A DNA stretch of 64,000 nt from Azolla caroliniana (lineage: Eukaryota > Plantae > Polypodiophyta): contig JBHGNT010000016.1 of NCBI GenBank assembly GCA_043228905.1, positions 17,546,001 to 17,610,000 of the forward strand, given 5' to 3'. Of the stretch, positions 48,396 to 59,488 are shown one piece after another (the stretch's first letter is position 1; each line of letters opens with the position of its first letter). The notes under the pieces were generated by a model. That model did not search any database. It had not been told where the DNA came from and saw nothing but the letters and a program-made list of their open reading frames with translations. The translations under genes were made by a program, and so were the position numbers.

Positions 48396-51300
48396 ATGGA
48401 TAGAGGGATGGCTAGCTCGCTCCCTGTGGAGAAACTCGACAGATCCAACTATGCATCTTGGTCGTATAAGATGCACTAGTACCTGCTTGGGCATGGCTAC
48501 TGGAGTTTCGTCGAAGGAGCCAACGAATTAGCACCTTATGCGGCATATAAAGATTTCCCAGTATGGGAACAATCGGCAAGCAGAGTGATGTACTGCTTCG
48601 CATCCAGTGTCGGAGACCAGTTGGTGAGCCACATCCGAGACGCCAAGACGCCGAAGGAGGCTTGGGGAAACTTGAAGAAGGTTTTCCCCGCGAGCACTAT
48701 AGCCCGAAAGTTGCAACTCCGATAGGAGTTGAGCAATGTCCGACAGAAGGACATGTCGGTGGCGGATTACACAGCCCGGATCAAAGAGATCTGTGACTTG
48801 CCTCTATCAACGTTACCGTAGAGGAAGACGAGATGGTACAGGTCTGTCTTGGGGGCGTGGCGTCTAAGTTCAGAGCGTTCCGAACGGCGGTTTGTACAAG
48901 GGAGAATACGCCGTCATTTCTCGACTTACAGTTGATGCTCCTTGTAGAGGAGAACCACGCCGGTGCGTCAACTAGCACACCCATTGACAGCCGGATGCTG
49001 TACACGGAAGCGGATCGGTCTTGTGGGTGTGGTGGACGAGGCGGCTCGGCATGCAATGGAGGCAGCTGGCAAGAGCAAGAGCGAAGGCACAGAGAACGTG
49101 CCAACAGCAGTTTCGGGACTTCCACAGGCAGGGGGAGTCAAGGCGGTGCCGGAGGCCGACAAGACAAATCTGCAACGGAATGCTAGTACTATGGCAAAAA
49201 GGGCCACAGAGAAAGCGAGCACTGGAGAAAACGCGCCGATTCGGACAAATCCGGATCCGGCAAGGCTAGCAAGGATGGCCGGCAAAGCTCGCACTACGCG
49301 ATGGGATCGAGAGGATCCAAGAACAGTAACGGGCCAACCTTGGTGATGAAGCACGAGGCGAACTCGATGAAGAAGAACACTTCCAAATCGGAGGAAGTGT
49401 GGTATGTTGATTCCGGTGCGTCGAACCACATGACAAACCACAAAGAGTGGTTCTCCATTTTGGAGAAACTGGATCAACCAGGAGTAGTCGAAACCGGAGA
49501 TGACACTCCTCACCCAATTGTGCACGTCGAAGAAGTCCCTTTGAGCCACGTCGGACAGAAGGGGAAGCTGATGAACGTATTACACGTTCCGACGATCACG
49601 AAGAACCTGGTGTCGGTCGGACAGATCGTCGACCAGGGTATGCAGGTGCGGTTTACGCACCTCGGGTGCTTCATCGAGGAAGAGGGCCAAATTATTGCGC
49701 AAGGGCGCAGAGATGGGAGGATGTTTATCCTCGACACCAATGATGTCGGCACCGCTCTATTTGCAAAAGGACAGAAGGTCGAATCGGACATCAACCTATG
49801 GCACAAGCGGATAGGCCACGTCAATTACCGGAAGCTTCAAGGCCTGCAAACGAAACAAGTTGTTTTCGGTTTCCAAAAGTTTAGCGGCCGGAAGGCCCAA
49901 GTATGTGAAGCCTGCCAACTCAGGAAGCAACACCGGCTTCCATTCCCCACTGAACGTAACCGGAGCCGTAACAAGCTCGACCTTATCCATTCGGATGTGT
50001 GGGGACCGGCACAGAATGTTAGTCTTGGTGGGAGTCGATATTTCGTCTCCTTCATCGACGACTATACGCGGCACACATGGATCTACCTCATTGAGCGGAA
50101 GAGTGAAGTCTTCGAGTGTTTCCGGAGTCTCCAAATTATGGTGGAAAGGGAATCGGAGAGGAAGATCAAATGCCTACGATCGGATGGCGGGAAAGAATAC
50201 TTTTCTAGCCAATTCAACAGTTATCTACAGCAAACGGGAATTCAGCGAGAGTTCAGCTGCGGATATACACCGCAACAGAATGGTGTTGCCGAGAGGAAGA
50301 ACCGGTCGCTTATCGATGCGGCAAGGGCAATGCTGGAGGAGAAGAGCATGCCCAAATTCTACTAGGCGGAGGCAGTCCGAACAACTGTCTACATCCAGAA
50401 CCGGATTAGTGACAAGGTGTCAACTCACGAGCTGTATTTCGGATGCAAGCCGAATTTGAGACACCTTAAGATCTTCGGTAGCATTGCATATGTGCATGTA
50501 CCGGAAGAGAAGCGGAGGAACCTGGATGCAAAATCGGAAAAATGCATCTTAGTCAGCTATGCTCAAGAGCAAAAGGGTTATAACTGTTATAACCCCCGGA
50601 CAAGGCAGGTCCGAGTTAGTCAAGATGTCGAGTTTGATGAATCGGCATCATGGTACTCCTTACCGACTTCGACTTCCGAATCTGACCCGATGCCGGAGGA
50701 TGAGGCTAGTGAGCCTGATCCGGTCCAGGTAGAGGATGATGAAGCGTGGACTCAAGATGAGAGTCCGGAATTGTTCCGGTTGAGTGGGCCGAACGAGAGA
50801 CTGAGTCAATCTGACCAGTCCGATGAGGAACCGGCGAGTAGTGGAGACTCTGCCATGCACTCCCCGCGCAAGGAACCGAGAAGACGGTTCACGCGCAAAG
50901 AGAAGGGGAAGAAGAAGATGCAGGAATTCGAATCCGGCAACGATGAGTCGGATTGATGTGCATCCAACTCCGGCAAGGAGAAAGGCGGATCTTCGGCAAT
51001 GAAGACTGAACTGGCTAAGAAGGGCCTCAAACCGGGTAACGGTGAGTTACGCCGGTCCACCCACCAGAAGGATCCCGTCAAGCGGTACGGGTACAATGAG
51101 TACATGGCGCATCACTACGCATACATGACTAAGGTGGCGGAAGTGCATGAGCCGGAGAGCTACGCAAAAGCGGCCAAGGACGCAAATTGGCGTGTTGCTA
51201 TGGAGGAAGAAATGCGGGCACTTGATGTCAACAAGACATGGGACCTGGTTGACCCTCCTCATCACTATAAACCGATCGGATGCAAGTGGATATACAAGGT

Positions 51301-53236
51301 AAAGTACAAAGCCGACGGTTCTGTTAACCGGTATAAAGCTCGGTTAGTGGCGAAGGGATACGCACACACCCACGAAATCAACTACCACGAGACCTTCGCT
51401 CCAGTAGCAAAGATGACGACGGTTCGTGTGGTGCTGGCGGTTGCTGCAACAAGGGGATGGCATCTTCACTAGATGGATGTGAAGAATGCATTTCTTCAGG
51501 GTGACCTTGAAGAAGAAGTCTTTATGACTCAGCCCCCCAGCTTTGAATCGGAGATGAACAAATCGGCGGTATGCCGACTGAAGAAGTCGTTGTACGGCTT
51601 GAAGCAAGCCCCTTGAGCTTGGAATGCGAAGATCACGCTGTCGTGAAGAAAACCGTCCCTTGGCGCAATCGGTGCATAGCGCGCGTGAACCAACTCTTCA
51701 CACGTGCGCGCCCTTTAATGTATATAATAGGGAATTAAGTACGGAGGCATATCCTAGGTAGTTAGATTCGGTAGGTAGGAAGTTAATGAGGGAAATGACT
51801 CCCTTCTTGAAGCTATAAAAGAGAGGGAGAGGCGAGGGAGAAGGGATTGCGCATTGAGGAGGACGAAGTGCTGTCGGACCGTAGCCGAACGCTTCTCCTT
51901 TGTTTGTTCTCTGTTGCTCTTCTCTGCAGGATTTCGGGAGGCTCGCACTGCTTCTAGGAACGCCCGTGTGCTTCCGGCAGCACCTCCATCCTATCCCCTT
52001 TTTGTGCGCAGACGAGCAGGCATCGACATCTGTTCGCCGGCCTGTTCGGTTGTAACCGCTCGCGTGCTTTGTTGTGTATTTGTTATTCGTTAATATACAA
52101 ACACTTGTGTCTCCCTGTCTCTGTGTCAATTCGCGTCTTCTGTGTTGACGGGCCGTGCCCTGTGTCTCTTTGCTCATATGTGACCGGGCGTCTCATTCTC
52201 TTTCTCTTCCCCCTTCTAACACCTGCTCTTCGGTCCAAGACCCCGGTGGTCCCGCCTCGTTTCTCCACGCTCGCGCGTAATAACGCGACAACGCACCGGT
52301 TGCGTAAGATGGGGTTTATGGCCTCCAAATCAGACTCTTCGTTGTTCATCCGGCAAGGCTCAGCCGGTTCGGTATGTATACTGCTGTATGTTGATGATCT
52401 AGTCATCACCGGACCAGGTGTTCCAGAAATCAACCGCATCAAGTCCCTATTGTCGAATGCATTTGAAATGAAGGACCTGGGGGACCTTCACTATTTTCTA
52501 GGGATCGAGGTGATCCGAACCCCCGCTGGCATATTACTCTCACAACGACATTATGTCTTGAATATGTTGTACAAGTTCGGCATGACAGAATGCCGACCTG
52601 TCTCTACACCCTTGGACCGGAACTAGAAGCTCCCTCCCAACACCGGACCGACTTGCAACGAAAAACGGTTCAGACAAATTGTTAGAAGCCTTATTTACCT
52701 GACCACCTGACATCAGCTATCCAGTCGGAATGATAAGTCAGTTCATGCAGAGGCCGACCGTGGAGCACCTTCAATGCGCGCAACGGATACTGCGATATGT
52801 AAGCGGCACGAAGGACCGTGGACGGTTATACCGGCGAGGTATAACCGAAGAGCTGGTCGATTACACAGATGCCGACTGGGCCGGCGATGCATCAGATCGC
52901 CGATCAACCTCCGGTTACATGTTTTCCCTAGGTAGCGCAGCTGTTGTGTGGAGCAGCAAAAAGCAGCCAATAGTTGCTCTGTCGAGCACTGAGGCTAAGT
53001 ATTGGGGCGCTACCATTACCACCTATGAAGCCATTTGGCTTCGGCGACTACTACAAGACCTACGGATCGAGGTACCAACCCCGATTCTGGTCTACTGCGA
53101 CAACATAAGCAACATGCAACTCGCCAAGAACCCCGTATTCCATGCTCGCACAAAGCACATAGAAGTGCACTATCACTTCGTGCGTGAGCATGTCCTGAGC
53201 AGTGAGGTTAAACTTCGGTATGTTCACACAGATCCG
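48396..53236 (+). pseudogene. gag-pol of F (stops and frameshifts; interrupted at 51639-52290; RH end resumes at 58433)
   Basis: EKLDRSNYASW, WYVDSGASNHM, LIHSDVWGP, RSDGGKEY, YKARLVAKG, YVDDL, YTDADWAG, YCDNI. Confidence 0.9.
51639..52290 (+). mobile_element. Solo LTR (652 bp) with a 4-bp TSD, inside the RT of F
   Basis: TGTCGTGAAGA...CGCGACA flanked by ACGC/ACGC. Removing it restores WNAKITHRLRKMGF. TATAAAA at about 51814. Confidence 0.85.
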
Positions 53237-53684
53237 TGTCATGATATGGCAAGACTCGAACCCATGACCTTATGCTACATGGGTCGAGCTCTTACCATTA
53301 GACTATGAATTGTAATTTGTAGGATATTATTTTTATTTATGTTTTATCATAGAAAATTAATGTATATTCCAGATCTCTCTGGAACATTCTAGAAGCTTCA
53401 GGATTATTCCTAAAAACACTATAAAAGGAGGCACAAGGCATTGTTTTGAACCAAATTGGTTCAACACCAGTCTTAAGCCTCTTAGCCGATTTGTACTTAT
53501 CTTTCATATAATATAAGAGTTATTGTCATCATCCTATCTCTCTCTCTCCTCTTCTCACTTCCTCTCTCTCGGGAATCTTACGTAGTCCCGTCCTCTTAGT
53601 ACTAATAGTACTATTCTTCTTAGCACTAATAGTATTGTTCTTCTTAGTACTAATTCCATCTCTGCTTTAGTACTATTCCTGACA
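53237..53684 (+). repeat. 5' LTR of J
   Basis: TGTCA...TGACA, TATAAAA at 53420; the 3' end is repeated at 58392-58432. Confidence 0.9.
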
Positions 53685-53757
53685 ATTTGAACCAATTTTC
53701 TCTTTCCTCCAGTCTACTTGTCGTTCTCCCTCATCCTCCTACCCTTTTCCCTCTACG

Positions 53758-54915
53758 ATGGCTATTGTTAGCGCCCAAGAATATCAATCCGTTTTCTCCG
53801 AGTTACAGTGCCTAAAAGAAAAGTTTGTTGCCCTGGAACAAGAAAACCAACAGCTGATAGGGGATCTGCAACAAATCGCTCTAGAAAAGCAACAAACGCA
53901 GCAACAACATGGGGAGTTAGCGTTACGGGTGCAACAACTCGAAGCGGCATTGCAACAACAAGGATTAAGTCCCCAAGGATTTTATAAAGAGCCAAAGATT
54001 GGACTTCCTGTGAAATTTGATGGAACGCGATCGCAATTCAGGGGATTCCTTAATCAGGTACGATTAGTCCTCCAAATGCATCCTTCCCGATACCCCACTG
54101 ATGCATCCCGAGTCGGCTTAATAGGCACGTTGCTTAGCGGCTCAGCCTTAGCATGGTTCGCTCCGCTTCTAGAAAACCAATCGCCCTTGCTTAATAACTT
54201 TGAAGATTTTATTAGTGAGTTCAAAGCCTACTTTGGAGACATCGACAACATCAGGATGGCGATCAACAAGATCCGGCAATTGCGTCAAGGCGATCGTCCA
54301 GCCTCTACCTACGTGGCGGATTTCCGCCTACTCGCTTCCGACATACTCTAGGATGATCAAGCACTAATGGAGCAGTTTCGCTATGGCCTGCGAAATGATG
54401 TCAAAGATCTACTTCTAACCTTCCCCGAAGAACCAAAGTCTCTTACGGAAGCAATCAGTCGAGCGGTCCAATGTGACAACTGCCTTTTCGAACGACGTTC
54501 GGAACGTCAATTACAAATACCACGCGCTAGGCCGGAGCCCACTTACGCCGCAGTCGCGGCTAGACCGTTTGCACGAGACATACCTCAAGCAAATACTTCG
54601 ACACCGATGGAGATCGATACCATGCGTCGACGCGGCCCGTTATCGGAAGAAGAAAAGCAACGACGACGTGCAAATCCATTATGCCTTTATTGCGGTGGAC
54701 CCGGGCATATCGCAATCAATTGTCCCCATAGGCCAAGAAGACAGGTAAATCAAATTGTAGCCTGTACTAAACCCAAGTCAATTCTTCCCTTAGGAGTGTC
54801 TGATAGTATTAATAGTACTAATAGAGTGTTTGATAGTATTCATAGTACTAATAGCCCAAGTATCTCAAATAAATTTGAAATCCTTAGTCAATTAGATGAA
54901 GAGTTAAACGATTGA
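53758..54915 (+). pseudogene. gag of J (PEG10/Ty3-like capsid, zinc knuckle) with one in-frame TAG at 54349
   Basis: EPKIGLPVKFDG..FRGF, LRQG, QFRYGL, PMEID, CLYCGGPGHIAINC. Confidence 0.9.
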
Positions 54916-57900
54916 GTCCAGTCAAAATAGGAGCCGTTTGGTTGGACAACAGCCCTAGATCTGTACAGCCCATTAGTGGTTCCATTCCTTCCAAGCAAGT
55001 TAGCAATGTGTTCCTAGCCCAAGTCATTGTTAGTACTAAAAGTACTCCCCCAGTACCCGTCCTAGCACTTTTAGATTCCGGAGCTAATTCCTGTTTCATG
55101 GATCGAAATTTTGCTCAAGCTTCCTAGATATCCTTAATAAAACTTCCTTGTCCCGCATCTGTAGTACTCATTGATGGTCGTCCCATTGCTTCCGGGAATA
55201 TTGTAGAAGAATCAGAACCCATTCAGGTTGTCCTAGGTAGTTTTGTGTGTGTAATATCATTTAATATAATTAGTAGTCCAGAGCATCCCATTGTCCTAGG
55301 ATTACCTTGGTTTGAATTACATAATCCAGCCATAGATTGGAGAACAAGAGAAGTCCGATATCGACCACCCCAAGAATCAACTCACCAAGTTTCGACCATT
55401 TCACTCCATCAACTACGTGAAGAAGGACCCAAGGAGGCAATGTTCCTATTTGCAATATCAGTACATCCTTCCAGCACTATTAAGAAAGACTCCTCAGTAC
55501 AACTTCCAGCAAAATATCATCCTTATGCCGATGTATTTGACAAGCTAAAAGCCGGTACCCTTCCTCATCACCGTCCCTATGACTGTCCCATCGATTTACA
55601 ACCAGGAACCGAGCCACCATGGGGACCAATTTACAACTTGTCACCCACCGAGTTAGAAGTCCTTCAAGCCTACATAGCGGAGAACTTGGCAAGAGGGTTC
55701 ATTCGCCATTCGAAATCTCCGGCCGGTGCACCCATCTTCTTTGTCAAGAAGAAAGATGGCTCACTTCGTCTTGTCGTTGATTACGGCGGATTGAATAAAG
55801 TCACCATCCGGAATAGGTATGCACTTCCTCTTATATCAAGTCTTTTAGAGCGAGTTAATGACGCCAAGTTTTTTACTAAAATCGACCTACGAGGAGCGTA
55901 TAACCTCGTGCGGATCCGACCGGGAGATGAGTGGAAGACCGCCTTTCGCACGTGGTATGGGCATTTTGAGTATACTGTTATGCCGTTTGGCCTAACCAAT
56001 GCACCCGCAGTCTTCCAACACATGGCAAATGATATATTCAGAGACCTCTTAGATATCTGTTTGATCATTTATCTGGATGATCTATTGATTTATTCGAAGG
56101 CCCAGGAAGAGCACAATTCTCATGTACTATTAGTACTAAAGCGACTCCGCAAGAATGGTTTTTATGCCAAGCTAGAAAAATGTAGCTTTGACTGCAAGAA
56201 AGTGGAATTTCTAGGCTATGTCATCTCCTCAAAGGGCATCGCCATGGATCCAGCTAAAATCCAAACTGTACTAGAGTGGCAAATTCCACGGTCGGTACGA
56301 GATGTACAATGTTTTCTAGGTTTTGCTAACTTCTACCGTAAGTTTATACAGGATTACTCGAAGATTATTTTACCTCTCACACAACTTACGAAGAAGGGCC
56401 AAGCATTTCTTTGGTCCATAGAAGCAGATATGGCTTTTCGGCATCTTAAGAAAGCCTTTACATCAGCACCGATTCTAGCTCATGTGGATACAAGCAAACC
56501 ATTCATCATGGAGGCCGACGCATCAGATTTCGCCCTCGGTAGCATCCTTTCTCAACAAGGCGATAAAGAAGAGTTGCATCCGGTGGCTTTCCATTCGCGC
56601 AAATTCGATGTCGCAGAAATCAACTACGAAATACATGACAAGGAGTTATTAGCCATCGTGGATTCATTTGTACAATGGCGGCATTTCTTAGAGGGCTCTC
56701 CACATCAGGTCATTGTCTTTAGCGATCATAAAAATCTTGCTTATTTTCAGAACGCTCGCGTACTAAATCGACGGCAAGCTCGATGGGCGCAATTCCTCAT
56801 GCGTTTCGACTTCAAAATCACATATCGACCGGGGAAGCAGCAAGGAAAAGCAGATGCACTATCACGATGTTCATATCTTGCACCTTGTCCTGGTGACGCA
56901 ACATTTGATAATCAAAACCAAGTAATCTTGGGACCAACACGATTGCACACGACGCGGATTTTTTACACCCCGATGGATTCACGGATTACCAATGACATAC
57001 GTGCAACCTTGAAGACAGATAGTTTTGCTCAAGACATCCTGGCGCACATTGATACTTCTCGGGCATCCTGTTCTCGGTCTCAACAACCAGGTATTGACTA
57101 CCGACAATTCGAATATCATGATGGTTTGTTATTCTTTAAAAAGCGCGTATATGTCCCCGATTGCTCCTGTCGCCTTCAAATCGTCCAACATTGTCACGAC
57201 ACCCATACGGCGGGACATTTCGGTAGTACTAAGACGTTGGAGCTAGTGCAACGACCTTTTTGGTGGCCGCACATGCGCCGTTTTGTCGACGACTACATTC
57301 GGACCTGTGATGCTTGCTACCGAGCAAAGATGCCACGACACCATCCATATGGCTTGTTGGAACCCTTACCGATTCCAAGTAAGCCGTGGCAGTCTATTTG
57401 TCTTGATTTTATCACAGACTTGCCGGTCTCGAAGGGGTTCGATGCTATCCTAACCGTCGTCGATCGATACATGAAGATGGCACATTTTGTGCCGTGTACT
57501 AAAGCCATCACTAGCAAGGAAACCACCGCTCTTATTATGCATGAGGTATTTTGGCATCATGGCCTCCCAAACAGTATTATCAGTGACCGAGGCCCGCAAT
57601 TTGTCTCCAAATTTTGGCAGCATCTCTTCAAGATGCTCAAGGTCTCCTGCAACCTCTCCTCCGGCTACCATCCTCAGACCGATGGGCAGGCGGAACGAAC
57701 AAACCAAACGCTGGAGCAATATCTCCGGTGTTTCCTGAGTTATCAACAGGACAATTGGGCCGAGATTCTCCACTTTGTAGAGTTTGCATATAATAATGTG
57801 ATTCACTCCTCAACTCGGGTCTCCCCATTTTTCGCTTATACCGGTTTCCATCCTCGTTGGTCGGTGATCGACACTCCGGAGCTACCTGCCAACCCTCGTG

Positions 57901-58385
57901 CCGAGGATCATTTGGAGAGGCTACGCAAGATCCAGATGGATCTCTCTACTCACCTTCGTCATGCTCAACACACACAGAAGACTTATGCGGATCGTCATCG
58001 GATTCCCTCCTCTTTTGCCATCAGAGATCGAGTATGGCTCTTACGTCGTCACATCAAGACTACTCGACCGTGCGACAAGTTGGATTATCGACGACTCGGT
58101 CCCTTCCGTATTATGGGTAAGATTAATGATGTCACCTTCCGCCTTGATCTCCCTCCGCCGCTTCAGATACATCCGGTTTTCCATTGTTCTCTTCTTGAAC
58201 CTTATAAAGCAAACACCATTCCCGATCGTGTGACACCACCGCCGCCCCCGTTGGAGTTGGACGCCGGCCCGGAGTATGAAGTTGTTGCCATCCTCGATTC
58301 CAAACTTGTTCGCAACAAACTTTATTACTTGGTCGATTGGCTCGGTTATAGTCCGAGCGAACTTACTTGGGAACCCGTCGAGCAT
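54912..58385 (+). CDS. pol of J in the -1 frame (PR-RT-RH-INT-chromodomain); one TAG at 55125, then open for more than 1000 codons
   Basis: ALLDSGA, WKTAFRT, MPFGLTNAP, YLDDLL, EADASD, DKELLAI, SDRGPQF, GPF, chromodomain. Confidence 0.9.
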
Positions 58386-59086
58386 GGGGCTTTAGTACTA
58401 ATTCCATCTCTGCTTTAGTACTATTCCTGACAATCGGCAAGTTGCTGACATCTTCACCAAACCGCTCGGTTCAGACAAGTTGTAGCACTTCACCGAAATG
58501 CTTGGTGTTCAGCATCTCGACGTGCCACACTTGAGGGGGAGAACGGGCAAAGACACTGGCATGGGCAAAGGCAAAGAGACTATCGATTGCGTTGGTAAGG
58601 TAAGAACAGGGGGCGGCAGAGTCAAGAAGGACAAAGCCGACCGAAGGAAGAAGGCCAAGACCTGGACATGGTCCGATGTGGTGAAGGGCTTGGAACTAGA
58701 AGATGAATCGGGAGCAACCGATTCGGACAAGAGCTGGAACGAATCGGAGACAGTCGATTCAGTTCAAAAGACAGATTTGGAAGAACCAGATCAATTCAAG
58801 GGCAAGCAGACATGGATGTAGCGGAAGTCGATGCCATCGCGGAGGAACCGACGGATCGACAAGCGCCGAAGTCATAGCAGCGAAGGAGCTAAGAGGGGCC
58901 TATTGAGCAGACATACCGACCGAGAAGGTCGAGGCGCGTAGAACAAGAGGGGGTCGTGGCAAACAGAACCGGACCGGACGAGAAGCGCGAGCAAGGCGAA
59001 GCAACGCCAAGAGAAGTCGGTTGGAAGAACCGACTGCCACAGAGACTGACACCAGGATCCAACCTCAAGTTGAGCTTGAGGGGAAG

Positions 59087-59488
59087 TGTTGAGCGGCAAG
59101 CTCAACTAGAGCCAGATCGGCTGAATAAGCCTGAGCTGGCAAGCGAGACGGATCGGTAAGCTGTGAGCAACAAAGCCGGTGAGCTGGGGAGCCGGTTAGC
59201 CGGATCCAATCGGTAACCGGAAGCCTAGTATTAGTGTAGACTACTAGGCAATTATAGTCTCGTAGTAAGTGACAGATGCTTGTGTGAGCATTGAAGTACG
59301 CGGTATTTCTGTCAGTCCCACGAGGACTTGTATAAATGATGCTACTGAGCATAGTTGTATGTACAGAGTGTTTTATATATTTTTGAATATAGCTTTGAGG
59401 TTCTGCTCTCTCTCTGTCTCTCCCGGGTACTCTGTGTATTCCCTAATTTCTCTGTTTTTTCTAACGCTTCCGCAAGTAATCGTTTACA
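59087..59488 (+). repeat. 3' LTR of F
   Basis: After the PPT; TGTTGAG...TTTACA. Confidence 0.93.

Larger units (their letters stand above)
53237..58432 (+). mobile_element. Ty3/Gypsy chromovirus J (Tf1/Tcn1-like, self-priming); 3' LTR mostly deleted
   Basis: 5' LTR 53237-53684 (TGTCA...TGACA), last about 41 bp of LTR at 58392-58432, TSD ATCCG/ATCGG, chromodomain YEVVAILDSK...YYLVDWLGY...TWEP. Confidence 0.93.
47886..59488 (+). mobile_element. Ty1/Copia element F with two nested insertions; flanks do not form a TSD
   Basis: LTRs 47886-48303 and 59087-59488, PBS TTGTATCAGAGC at 48304, coding pieces 48396-51638, 52295-53236 and 58433-58821, PPT TTGAGGGGAAG at 59076-59086. Confidence 0.92.

Noticed and set aside
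53243-53312. Functional tRNA gene
   Set aside because: The boxes are present, but the acceptor and anticodon stems do not pair and there is no clear terminator; reported as a tRNA-like module instead.
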